In this document: piece after piece, positions 19,115 through 27,309 of the stretch
How positions within the stretch are numbered: the stretch's first letter is position 1
How the letters are laid out: the number at the start of each line of letters is the position of its first letter
DNA from: Candidatus Latescibacterota bacterium
Lineage (GTDB): Bacteria; Latescibacterota; UBA2968; UBA8231
Reading direction: 5' to 3'
Assembly: GCA_965200315.1 (NCBI GenBank)
Contig: OZ241362.1
Coordinates: 192,001-256,000 of the forward strand
DNA length: 64,000 bases
Position numbers and translations under genes: made by a program
The notes under the pieces: generated by a model
Databases searched by the model: none
What the model was told of the DNA's origin: nothing
What the model saw: only the letters and a program-made list of their open reading frames with translations

Positions 19115-19621
19115 ATGCTTAAAAGAAGTATGTCTGCCTTGAGCATTTTCGCCTTGGCCCTTTTTATTGCTAGCTGCGGCGACGACGACAATCCCGTCGA
19201 TCCCGACCACCATGATGATCATGCCGAGGCTATCGGCCTGATCGTGCGCGATAGCGGCACTGAAATTGTCCGCGTTGAAAGCGGCGAGGTGACCGGCGAG
19301 ATCGAAGTTGGCCACGGCAAGGAGACCGCCCTGCTGTCCGTGCGTTTTATCGCCGAAGATGGCGATCTCTTTACCCCAGACGAAGCCGATGATTACTCCC
19401 TCGCTTGGGAAATGGCCGACGAGAGCATCGCCGAAGTCGAGCAGCACACCGAGGACGGGGCTTGGAATTTTCACATCCTCGGCCTAGAGGAAGGCGAGAC
19501 TACTATCCGCATCAAGATCAACCACGAAGGCCACGTCGATTTCGTCTCGCCGGAGATTGAGATTCACGTCAGCGAGGACGGACCCGGTGAGGAACACGAC
19601 GAGCACGATGATGAAGGGTAA
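19115..19621 (+). CDS. His/Asp-rich lipoprotein 2
   Basis: Lipobox IASC, 'DHHDDHAEA'; close paralogue of 17731-18255. Confidence 0.8.
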   Translation: MLKRSMSALSIFALALFIASCGDDDNPVDPDHHDDHAEAIGLIVRDSGTEIVRVESGEVTGEIEVGHGKETALLSVRFIAEDGDLFTPDEADDYSLAWEMADESIAEVEQHTEDGAWNFHILGLEEGETTIRIKINHEGHVDFVSPEIEIHVSEDGPGEEHDEHDDEG

Positions 19622-19659
19622 AGCGGTTAGATCGGCTGCGGCCTTCATAGGTAAAAGCG

Positions 19660-19692
19660 ACACGGGACCGGAGACAAACTCCGGTCCCGTGT
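19660..19692 (+). promoter_or_regulatory. Stem-loop between lipoprotein 2 and the TonB receptor
   Basis: ACACGGGACCGGAG-acaaa-CTCCGGTCCCGTGT; no U-tract. Confidence 0.65.
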
Positions 19693-19709
19693 ACTTATGT
19701 CAAGGCCAA

Positions 19710-21929
19710 TTGAATAGCTGTCGGCTACTTTGGCAGTTGGCAGCCATCGTCGGCCTAGCCGGCGGTCCTGTTTGGGGCGACCGGACTGGCGCTCTAGCCG
19801 GCCATGTAATAAACGCCGAAAGCGGCCAACCCGTCGGCTGGACTACCATCGTCATCGAGGGGCTCGAACGGGTGCGTACTAGCGACGCCGAGGGGTATTT
19901 CTTCTTCGCCAACGTACCCGCTGGCCCGCACGTCCTGCAAAGCCTGCACGTCGGCTACCACGAGGCGCGCTTTGAAGTCGAGGTTGTCGCCGGGGACACC
20001 ACGCATGTCGATCTGGCTATCGGCCACGAATCTCTGCGCGTAGAGACGATTCTTGTCGAAGGCGAACACACGACCCCTGTTTCTCCACTCCAAGCCCCGG
20101 AAGTCGTCTTCAGCGGCAGCAAGCTGCGGCAGAATTTGAGCCGCACCATTGCCGAGACCATCGACTACGAGCCGGGCATTGCCCTGCGCTCAATGGGGCC
20201 GGCGCCCGCGCGGCCGGTGCTGCGCGGGCTGGGCGGCGACCGCTTGCTGATGGTCGAAGACGGCGAGCGCACCGGCGATTTGTCTGCCACCTCCTCGGAC
20301 CACGCGGTGGCCATCGAGCCGATGACCACCGAGCGCATTGAAATCGTGCGCGGCCCCCGCACCTTGCTCTACGGCTCCAATGCCTTGGCCGGGGTCGTCA
20401 ATGTGGTGCGAGGGTACGTGCCCTCCGAGCAGCCCGATGGCTCGGGGGGATCTGTGGCGTATCAGGGGGAGAGCGTCAATCGAGGTTTGTCGGGCGGCCT
20501 GATCCTCGAACAGGCGCTCGGCCCACTGGCCCTGCGCTTCGATAGCAGTCTGCGCAATGCCGACGATATTGCCTCGCCGCACGGAAAGCTCGTCAATACG
20601 GACATCCGCACGGGCAATGCCTCGGTCGGCCTGAGTCTGATTCGTCCTTGGGGGCACGTGGGCGCGTCTGGTAGCTTGTACACTTCCGACTACGGCATTC
20701 CCCCCGACCCAAAGGGTGGCCATCCACATGGCGTGTCCATTGATCTCCAGCGCCAGCACCTCGAAGGGCGCGGTGAAATTCTCACCGCGCCGGACTGGCT
20801 CCAGCGCCTAGAATTGCACCATTCGTTTTCGCGCTATCAGCACGGCGAATTCGAAGCGAGTGGCGATTTAGGGATGGAGTTCGGTGTGCTCACGCACAAC
20901 AGCGGTGCGCTGGCTCACCTAGATCGTATGGGGCCTTTTGCAAACGGTGCGATTGGCCTGTGGTACGAGTACCGCAATTATGCTGCGGCCGGGCTCAACT
21001 ATACGCCGCCGGCCGAGGAATACGCCGGTGCTTTGTTCGCGTACCAGGAGTGGGAGCATGGGCCTTGGGCGGCCAATGCGGCTTGGCGCGTTGACGCCCG
21101 CCGCGTCGAGCCGCGCGAGGAGCGCTATTCGCGCCGGGTCGGCCGCATCCAGATGCGCGACTTTGCCGGGATGTCGGCCGGTTTGTCCAATCACTATCGC
21201 GCCAGTTCGACCTTGACCTTGGGCACGACCTTGATGCGCACCTTTCGCGCTCCCGGCATCGAAGAGCTGTTCTCCGAAGGGCCGCATTTGGCCGCCTATT
21301 CGTACGAGGTGGGCAATGGGGCCCTCGACAGCGAACGCGGCCTAGGACTGGAGCTGTTCGCCGACTACCACCTCGAAGAAGGCCATGTACACTTGGCCGT
21401 CTTTCGCAACGCGATCGATGGGTACATTTTCCCCAAGAACAGCGGCGAGCGCAGTTTGCGGCGTGCCGATCTCTTTCTCTATCAGACTGTGGGGGAGCGC
21501 GTCCTCATGCACGGGGCCGAAGCCAACTTCGACTGGCATCTAGCGGAGCCTTGGAAAGTGGCCGGTACTCTCAGCTATGTGCGTGGCCACCTCACTGATC
21601 TCGACGACGAACCTCTGCCGCGTCTGCCGCCCCTGCAAGGGCACCTGGCCCTGACTTGCGAACCCACTGAGGCGCTGAGTGCGACTATTGACGTGCGCTT
21701 GGCTGCGGAACAGGACCAAGTCGGCGAGTTTGAAGAGCCTACGGAAGGCTATGCAGTGCTGGATCTTTCGAGCCAGTACTACGTGCAGTGGGGGGGCCGT
21801 CTGCACACCTTCGCCCTGACCTTGGAAAACGCCACGGACGCGGTGTACCGCAATCACCTCAACCGCGTCAAAGAGATCCTGCCCGAGCCCGGCCGCAACC
21901 TGCGCCTTTTGCACAAGATATTCTTCTGA
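19710..21929 (+). CDS. TonB-dependent receptor, ZnuD-like, with N-terminal CarboxypepD_reg domain
   Basis: 'RPVLRGL', 'SSDHAV', 'IEIVRGPRTLLYGSNALAGVVN', 'EELFSEGPH', 'EPGRN', terminal Phe; start (TTG 19710 or GTG 19689) uncertain. Confidence 0.9.
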   Translation: MNSCRLLWQLAAIVGLAGGPVWGDRTGALAGHVINAESGQPVGWTTIVIEGLERVRTSDAEGYFFFANVPAGPHVLQSLHVGYHEARFEVEVVAGDTTHVDLAIGHESLRVETILVEGEHTTPVSPLQAPEVVFSGSKLRQNLSRTIAETIDYEPGIALRSMGPAPARPVLRGLGGDRLLMVEDGERTGDLSATSSDHAVAIEPMTTERIEIVRGPRTLLYGSNALAGVVNVVRGYVPSEQPDGSGGSVAYQGESVNRGLSGGLILEQALGPLALRFDSSLRNADDIASPHGKLVNTDIRTGNASVGLSLIRPWGHVGASGSLYTSDYGIPPDPKGGHPHGVSIDLQRQHLEGRGEILTAPDWLQRLELHHSFSRYQHGEFEASGDLGMEFGVLTHNSGALAHLDRMGPFANGAIGLWYEYRNYAAAGLNYTPPAEEYAGALFAYQEWEHGPWAANAAWRVDARRVEPREERYSRRVGRIQMRDFAGMSAGLSNHYRASSTLTLGTTLMRTFRAPGIEELFSEGPHLAAYSYEVGNGALDSERGLGLELFADYHLEEGHVHLAVFRNAIDGYIFPKNSGERSLRRADLFLYQTVGERVLMHGAEANFDWHLAEPWKVAGTLSYVRGHLTDLDDEPLPRLPPLQGHLALTCEPTEALSATIDVRLAAEQDQVGEFEEPTEGYAVLDLSSQYYVQWGGRLHTFALTLENATDAVYRNHLNRVKEILPEPGRNLRLLHKIFF

Positions 21930-21972
21930 GAATTCGTCTGGATTCACTCACCGGACTATGGGATTGCACAGA

Positions 21973-23229
21973 ATGACCTTTGATTTTCTTGGAATACTAA
22001 CCAGTTTTTTTGCCGTTCTCTGGTCATCCTTCCTCTTGCTAGCCCCCATGCTTTTGCTGGGGCTGTTCCTCTCTGGCCTGATCCACGTGTTTATCTCCCG
22101 TCAGGCCATTCTCCGCTGGCTCCGCGACGACAGCCTAAAATCCGTCACCATGAGTTCGGCCATCGGCGTCCCCGTGCCGCTGTGCAGTTGCTCGGTTGTA
22201 CCTGTGGTGGCCGAGATGCGCAATAAGGGGGCGTCCCGTTCGGCCTGCATGTCTTTCTTGATCACCGCACCAGAGACCGGCGCAGACTCGATTTTAGTCA
22301 CTAACGCCTTTTTCGGACCTATCGTTGCCATCGTCCGGCCCGTCATCAGCTTCATCACCGCGGTCGTCGCCGGTATCTTTTGCATCGGACTGATAAGAGA
22401 CGACCGAGATGAAGCCAAAGCGAGCGAGCGCGACGCCTGCCACGCCTGCGACCACGAGCATCACCAATCGCTCATCGCCGACCGGGATGATTGCTACGTC
22501 AGCCTTTCGCAACTGAAGGTCTTACTGGTCAACTGGTTGAAGGGGATGGCCGCAGGCCGGTGGAATTCATCCACCGACGATCGGGATTTGGACTTCACAA
22601 AGCTGGTCAAGCACATCTTTCGCTATGGCTTCATTGAGATAGCAGACGACATTCTCTTTGCGCTGCTGGTGGGAGTCGTGCTGGGCGGCGTACTCTTTCT
22701 GGCGATTCCGAGCGACCTGATGGCAAATGAGTATGCCCGCTGGCTATCCTATCCGGTCATGGTGCTGATCGGCATTCCTCTCTATATCTGCGCATCCGCC
22801 AGTACTCCAATCGCCGCCGCGCTCGTGGCCAAAGGAGTCAGCCCCGGCGCGGCGCTGATTTTTCTGATGACTGGCCCGGCCACCAACACGGGCACGATCG
22901 CCATCATCGTCAGCCAGTTTGGCACCCGCTTCGCATCCATCTACGTAGCCGCCGTCCTCGCGGTTACGGTCGTCTTGGGCATCGCCATCGATGTGCTGCT
23001 TCTCGCTGCTGGTCTGGCGATTCCCGTGAACCTCGACGCCTCCCATGCGCCGGCCGTTCAGTTCCTGCAATGGGGCAGCGCTTTGCTCCTCATCGCCCTG
23101 ATCATCTGGCGCTTCCGCGCCGGTGCTCTGCGCAGCGGCTACGAAGATATGCTGCTCAATCTTCGCCTCCGGTCTAGCACGGCCGATCGGGACCTGTCAG
23201 CGCGAGACCTCAGCAGTGGCAAGTCTTAA
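21973..23229 (+). CDS. SO_0444-like/ArsP-type metal permease (copy B)
   Basis: Near-identical to 15894-17123. Confidence 0.85.
   Translation: MTFDFLGILTSFFAVLWSSFLLLAPMLLLGLFLSGLIHVFISRQAILRWLRDDSLKSVTMSSAIGVPVPLCSCSVVPVVAEMRNKGASRSACMSFLITAPETGADSILVTNAFFGPIVAIVRPVISFITAVVAGIFCIGLIRDDRDEAKASERDACHACDHEHHQSLIADRDDCYVSLSQLKVLLVNWLKGMAAGRWNSSTDDRDLDFTKLVKHIFRYGFIEIADDILFALLVGVVLGGVLFLAIPSDLMANEYARWLSYPVMVLIGIPLYICASASTPIAAALVAKGVSPGAALIFLMTGPATNTGTIAIIVSQFGTRFASIYVAAVLAVTVVLGIAIDVLLLAAGLAIPVNLDASHAPAVQFLQWGSALLLIALIIWRFRAGALRSGYEDMLLNLRLRSSTADRDLSARDLSSGKS
22018..23174. repeat. Right arm of the ~1.16 kb inverted repeat
   Basis: See 15925-17081. Confidence 0.9.
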
Positions 23230-23258
23230 CCCGAACTCACGTTAAAGGAGGATTCTAT

Positions 23259-24680
23259 ATGAACACGCCTCGAAAAGTACCTGTTACCATCCTCACCGGC
23301 TTCCTCGGCTCTGGCAAGACGACCCTACTCAACCGGATCTTGAGTGAGGAGCACGGCAAGCGCATTGCCGTGATCGAGAACGAGTATGGGGAAGTCGGCA
23401 TCGATCAGGCACTTGTCATCAACGCTGACGAGGAGATATTTGAGATGTCGAACGGCTGCATCTGCTGCACGGTGCGCGGAGACCTGATTCGCGTGCTCGG
23501 CAATCTCATGAAGCGCCGCGACAAGTTCGACTATGTGTTGGTGGAAACCACAGGGCTCGCCGATCCTGGGCCAGTCGCTCAGACGTTCTTCATGGACGAC
23601 GAGATTCGTGCGGAGTTCTCGCTTGACGGGATCGTCACGCTCGTCGATGTAGCCCACATTGAGCAGCAGCTTGGCCGAAGCGACGAAAGCACAGAGCAAA
23701 TCGCGTTCGCAGACATCCTCGTGCTCAACAAGACGGACCTCGTCAACGGCGAAGCACTCGACAGACTCGAATCTCGGCTCCGAGACATGAACCGAATGGC
23801 GCGAGTCGTGCGCAGCGAGCGAGCGAACGTCTCCGTCGATACTGTACTCAATCTCGACGCCTTCAACTTGGACCAGGTGCTCGAGCGTCGCCCCACCTTC
23901 CTCGAGCCGGAGTATCCGTTTGAATGGACTGGAGTCTATTCGCTCGATATGGGCCGCTACGAACTCAGCCTCGCCGATGGACCTGATCCGACGATGTCGC
24001 TCGTCGTCGTGTCCGACCAGGGCACGGATGACGCTGCCCTCCGTGAGGGTGCGGAGTGGTGTGTGCGGCGGTACGCCGAACCTGCGGAGCTCATTCGCCC
24101 GGGGGAAGAGATTCCGGTCGGAAAGCATCTGAATCTCCGACTCGATTCCCCAGGGCGCAAGTCGTTCTTCTTGGAGGTCGATACGCAGGTGCGGGTTGGC
24201 CTCTACGCCCAGCACATCGCGGAGGAGTTCGATCTCCAACTGATGAACGCGGATGGAGCGACAATCAGGCTAGAGGATAGTCCGCGCTCCAAGCTGGCCT
24301 CCACAGAGCCCGGCACCCTGCGCATCAAGGGAGCGGTGGTTGCCGCCGAGGTCGAGCGAACCTGGGTCGCACAGCACGAGCACGACGACGAGGTGGGCTC
24401 GATCGCGATCGAGAGGGACGGCGACGTCGATCTCAACAGGCTCAACGCCTGGCTTGGCAAACTGCTCGGTGAGCGCGGGGTGGACATCTTCCGAATGAAG
24501 GGCTTCATAAGCCTCGCAGGTGAGTCGCATCGCTTCGTCTTCCAGGGGGTTCACATGCTCTTTGACGGCCAGCCGGATCGCGAATGGGGGGACGCACCCC
24601 GCCGCAGTCAGCTCGTCTTCATCGGCCGCAACCTCGATGAGCAGAGCATGCGGCAGGGGTTTGAAGCATGTTTGATTTAA
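23259..24680 (+). CDS. COG0523/CobW-family G3E GTPase metallochaperone
   Basis: 'GFLGSGKTT', 'GCICC', 'ETTG', 'NKTD', CobW_C 'IFRMKG...QGVH...LVFIGR'. Confidence 0.95.
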   Translation: MNTPRKVPVTILTGFLGSGKTTLLNRILSEEHGKRIAVIENEYGEVGIDQALVINADEEIFEMSNGCICCTVRGDLIRVLGNLMKRRDKFDYVLVETTGLADPGPVAQTFFMDDEIRAEFSLDGIVTLVDVAHIEQQLGRSDESTEQIAFADILVLNKTDLVNGEALDRLESRLRDMNRMARVVRSERANVSVDTVLNLDAFNLDQVLERRPTFLEPEYPFEWTGVYSLDMGRYELSLADGPDPTMSLVVVSDQGTDDAALREGAEWCVRRYAEPAELIRPGEEIPVGKHLNLRLDSPGRKSFFLEVDTQVRVGLYAQHIAEEFDLQLMNADGATIRLEDSPRSKLASTEPGTLRIKGAVVAAEVERTWVAQHEHDDEVGSIAIERDGDVDLNRLNAWLGKLLGERGVDIFRMKGFISLAGESHRFVFQGVHMLFDGQPDREWGDAPRRSQLVFIGRNLDEQSMRQGFEACLI

Positions 24681-25708
24681 GTGTCGGCAGCCCGAGGGGT
24701 GCTCTTCGCCGGGGCTGGTCTGCGGCGGTTGGCGACTACGCTATCGCCGGGGGTTGGAGCCTACGCGGTGAGGTGCTGATGGTCGGCGAGGCTGCAGGTG
24801 GCGTCTACGCATTCGACGGCAAGTCTGGCGCGGCCGCTTGGGAGCGACGCGGGGTTCATGAAGGCGGTGTGCTCGCAGTGGCGATCCACCCAAGCGGAAC
24901 CGCGTTCGCTACGGCCGGCCAGGACAGCCGAGTCTTAATCTGGAGTGCCGCCGAAGGTCAGGTAAGCCGGGCTATCGACGTCGGAAGCGGTTGGGTAGAA
25001 AACGTGGCGTGGTCGCCGGACGGCCAATGGTTAGCGGCCTCCTGCTCTCGGCAGGTTCGCACGTATGGTGCGGACGGCGCGGAGGTTTGGCGATCGGATG
25101 ATCATCCCAGCACCGTCAGCGCGATCGCCTGGTCGAGCGTAGGGGAGCTGGCTACGGCCTGTTACGGTCGAGTGACGTTCTTCGACGCGCCTACTGGCGA
25201 GCTTCGCCAGAAGCTGGAGTGGCAGGGATCCTTGGTGTCGATGGTACTGAGCTCGGACGGGGATATCGTGGCCTGCGGCAGCCAGGACAACTCGGTGCAC
25301 TTCTGGCGTCGCTCCACGGAGCAGGACTCCATGATGTCAGGATATCCTGCCAAGCCGTCGGCCCTGGCTTTCGATGACACCGGCACCCTCTTGGCCACCG
25401 GCGGAGGGGAGGCGGTGACGGTCTGGAGTTTCCATGGAAGTGGTCCCGAAGGTACGCGGCCCGGCGTTTTAGAGCTTCATGTTCAACCCGTCACGACGCT
25501 TGCCTTCGCTCCCAACGCGATGCGCTTGGCATCGGGAGGCCGCGATGGGACCGTGGTTGTGTGGTCGCTTCAGAGAGATGGAGAAGGCGAGCTGATAGGG
25601 GCCGCGGTTGTGGCGGGCGCAGTGGCCGAATTGTACTGGCGGCCAGACGGGCGTGCGCTTGCCGCGCTCGACGCGCGGGGTGGCGTGACGGTTTGGCGGA
25701 TAGGATGA
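24668..25708 (+). CDS. WD40 repeat protein coupled to COG0523
   Basis: Repeated 'ATAGQD', 'WSPDG', 'LASGGRDG' blades. Confidence 0.85.
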   Translation: MFDLSVGSPRGALRRGWSAAVGDYAIAGGWSLRGEVLMVGEAAGGVYAFDGKSGAAAWERRGVHEGGVLAVAIHPSGTAFATAGQDSRVLIWSAAEGQVSRAIDVGSGWVENVAWSPDGQWLAASCSRQVRTYGADGAEVWRSDDHPSTVSAIAWSSVGELATACYGRVTFFDAPTGELRQKLEWQGSLVSMVLSSDGDIVACGSQDNSVHFWRRSTEQDSMMSGYPAKPSALAFDDTGTLLATGGGEAVTVWSFHGSGPEGTRPGVLELHVQPVTTLAFAPNAMRLASGGRDGTVVVWSLQRDGEGELIGAAVVAGAVAELYWRPDGRALAALDARGGVTVWRIG

Positions 25709-25724
25709 ACAAAGCATAGTCATC

Positions 25725-26528
25725 ATGGATGCAAACGCTCTACTGGTTTTGTCGGCCTACTCAGCCGCCATCTTTGCCGCTTCCCTGCTCGGCGGCAAAT
25801 TGGCGACCTTGGGCACCATGACGCATACGCGCACTCAGATCGTGATGAGTCTCGTAGCCGGCTTCATCCTCGGCATCTCCATGTTTCACCTGCTACCCGA
25901 TAGCCTCGAGCACATTCCTGGACCTAGCGCCATGGAAAAAGCCATGGGATGGATGGTGTTAGGCATGGTGCTGATGATTCTCTTACAGCATATCTTTCAC
26001 TTTCACCAGCACGACTTCAGTCGCGAGGCGAGCGATCTGTATGATGACCACGGACACGGTGTCGTCCATGCGCCGAGTTTGTTCGGCGTTGCCCTCGGCC
26101 TAGGGGTGCATACCGCGACCGAAGGGATCGCGTTGGGTACCAGCATGAGGTTGGAATCGCCGTATGAAGACGGAGGCGCTTGGGCGGGACTAGGGGTATT
26201 CCTTGTCATTCTGCTGCACAAGCCGCTCGATGCGTACTCCATTGTCAGCATGATGAAGTACGCCGGTCACAGCCAGCGCGCCCGGACATGGACCAATGTT
26301 GGCTTTGCCATGCTGTGCCCGGTAGTGGCGCTGGCGATCTTTGGGGGGGTGGAATTGCTTGGCCCGGAAGAAGGGGCACTCGTCGGCTATGTGCTGTCCT
26401 TTGCGGCGGGCGTGTTTTTGTGCATTGCCTTGAGCGACCTGTTACCGGAGATCCATTTCCACAGCCACGATCGCGGCAAGCTCATCGTCTCCCTCCTCGT
26501 GGGAATCAGTCTCGCCTATATACTTTGA
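25725..26528 (+). CDS. ZIP family metal transporter (copy B)
   Basis: Paralogue of 13897-14730; the tail is shortened by a small deletion. Confidence 0.9.
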   Translation: MDANALLVLSAYSAAIFAASLLGGKLATLGTMTHTRTQIVMSLVAGFILGISMFHLLPDSLEHIPGPSAMEKAMGWMVLGMVLMILLQHIFHFHQHDFSREASDLYDDHGHGVVHAPSLFGVALGLGVHTATEGIALGTSMRLESPYEDGGAWAGLGVFLVILLHKPLDAYSIVSMMKYAGHSQRARTWTNVGFAMLCPVVALAIFGGVELLGPEEGALVGYVLSFAAGVFLCIALSDLLPEIHFHSHDRGKLIVSLLVGISLAYIL

Positions 26529-26555
26529 ATCCAGCACTCTTTATGGCGCACGAAG

Positions 26556-26608
26556 GGCTGCAACCTGCGCTTGCTGCACAAGGTATTCTTCTGAGAATTC
26601 GTCTGGAT
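26556..26608 (+). pseudogene. Relic of a TonB receptor 3' end plus downstream sequence
   Basis: ...CAACCTGCGCTTGCTGCACAAGGTATTCTTCTGAGAATTCGTCTGGAT closely matches 21891-21943. Confidence 0.75.
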
Positions 26609-26717
26609 CCACCGACATTATAGAGTTGCACAGGGCATAGCACACCAAACAGCTCTGTCCCGCGACCTCGGCAGTGGAGGAGATATGGTCGCCGAGCAGT
26701 AATTGAAATTGCCATCC

Positions 26718-26937
26718 AGTCGATGAAAACGAGCAATTGACCAAACGCCATAGAGAGATAATTGAAGAAGAGCGGTCGAATGGCCTTGGGGTATCTGCAA
26801 TTTCTTGCTGGGAAATCGCCACGTTTCATCGCGATCCAGCCGATCAAATCATCGTTGCAACCGCCCGCGAGTACGACTGTGAGCTACTCACGGTTGACCG
26901 AAAAATACTACAGTACGCACACGTAAGGACACGGTAG
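26718..26937 (+). pseudogene. VapC/PIN toxin fragment
   Basis: 'VSAISCWEIA' joined directly to 'FHRDPADQIIVATA...LLTVD'; the N-terminal LDT motif and the middle are missing. Confidence 0.75.
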
Positions 26938-26988
26938 CACGTTCATCCCTCGGCCATAGGGTATAGTGCACGGGAAACTGGTCCGTAC

Positions 26989-27294
26989 TCAGCTTTCCGG
27001 CCGCCACTCGTTGAGCGTGCGGGCGAAGAGGATATCCGAGCGGGTGACGGCTCCTTCGCTGTGGGTGGTGACCGAAACGGCGATGGTGCGCTGGCCGGTA
27101 TCCAAGGAGAAGTCCGGGTGGTGGTTTTGCTCGGTGATGGTGCGGGTTAGGTGGTTGAGGAACGAGGTGATGTCCTTGAAGTTGGCAAAAACGAAGGCGC
27201 GCGAGATGATGATGCCGTCGCGGCTCCAGCCGTCGAGAGTTTGCAATTCGGCATCTACTTCGGCGGCGGTGAGGGTGGTTTTGTCTTCGGTCAT
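26989..27294 (-). CDS. phhB: Pterin-4a-carbinolamine dehydratase
   Basis: 'NHHPD' and 'TTHSEGAVT..D' motifs. Confidence 0.85.
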   Translation of the reverse strand: MTEDKTTLTAAEVDAELQTLDGWSRDGIIISRAFVFANFKDITSFLNHLTRTITEQNHHPDFSLDTGQRTIAVSVTTHSEGAVTRSDILFARTLNEWRPES

Positions 27295-27309
27295 GGCGGA
27301 TTGGCTCCT

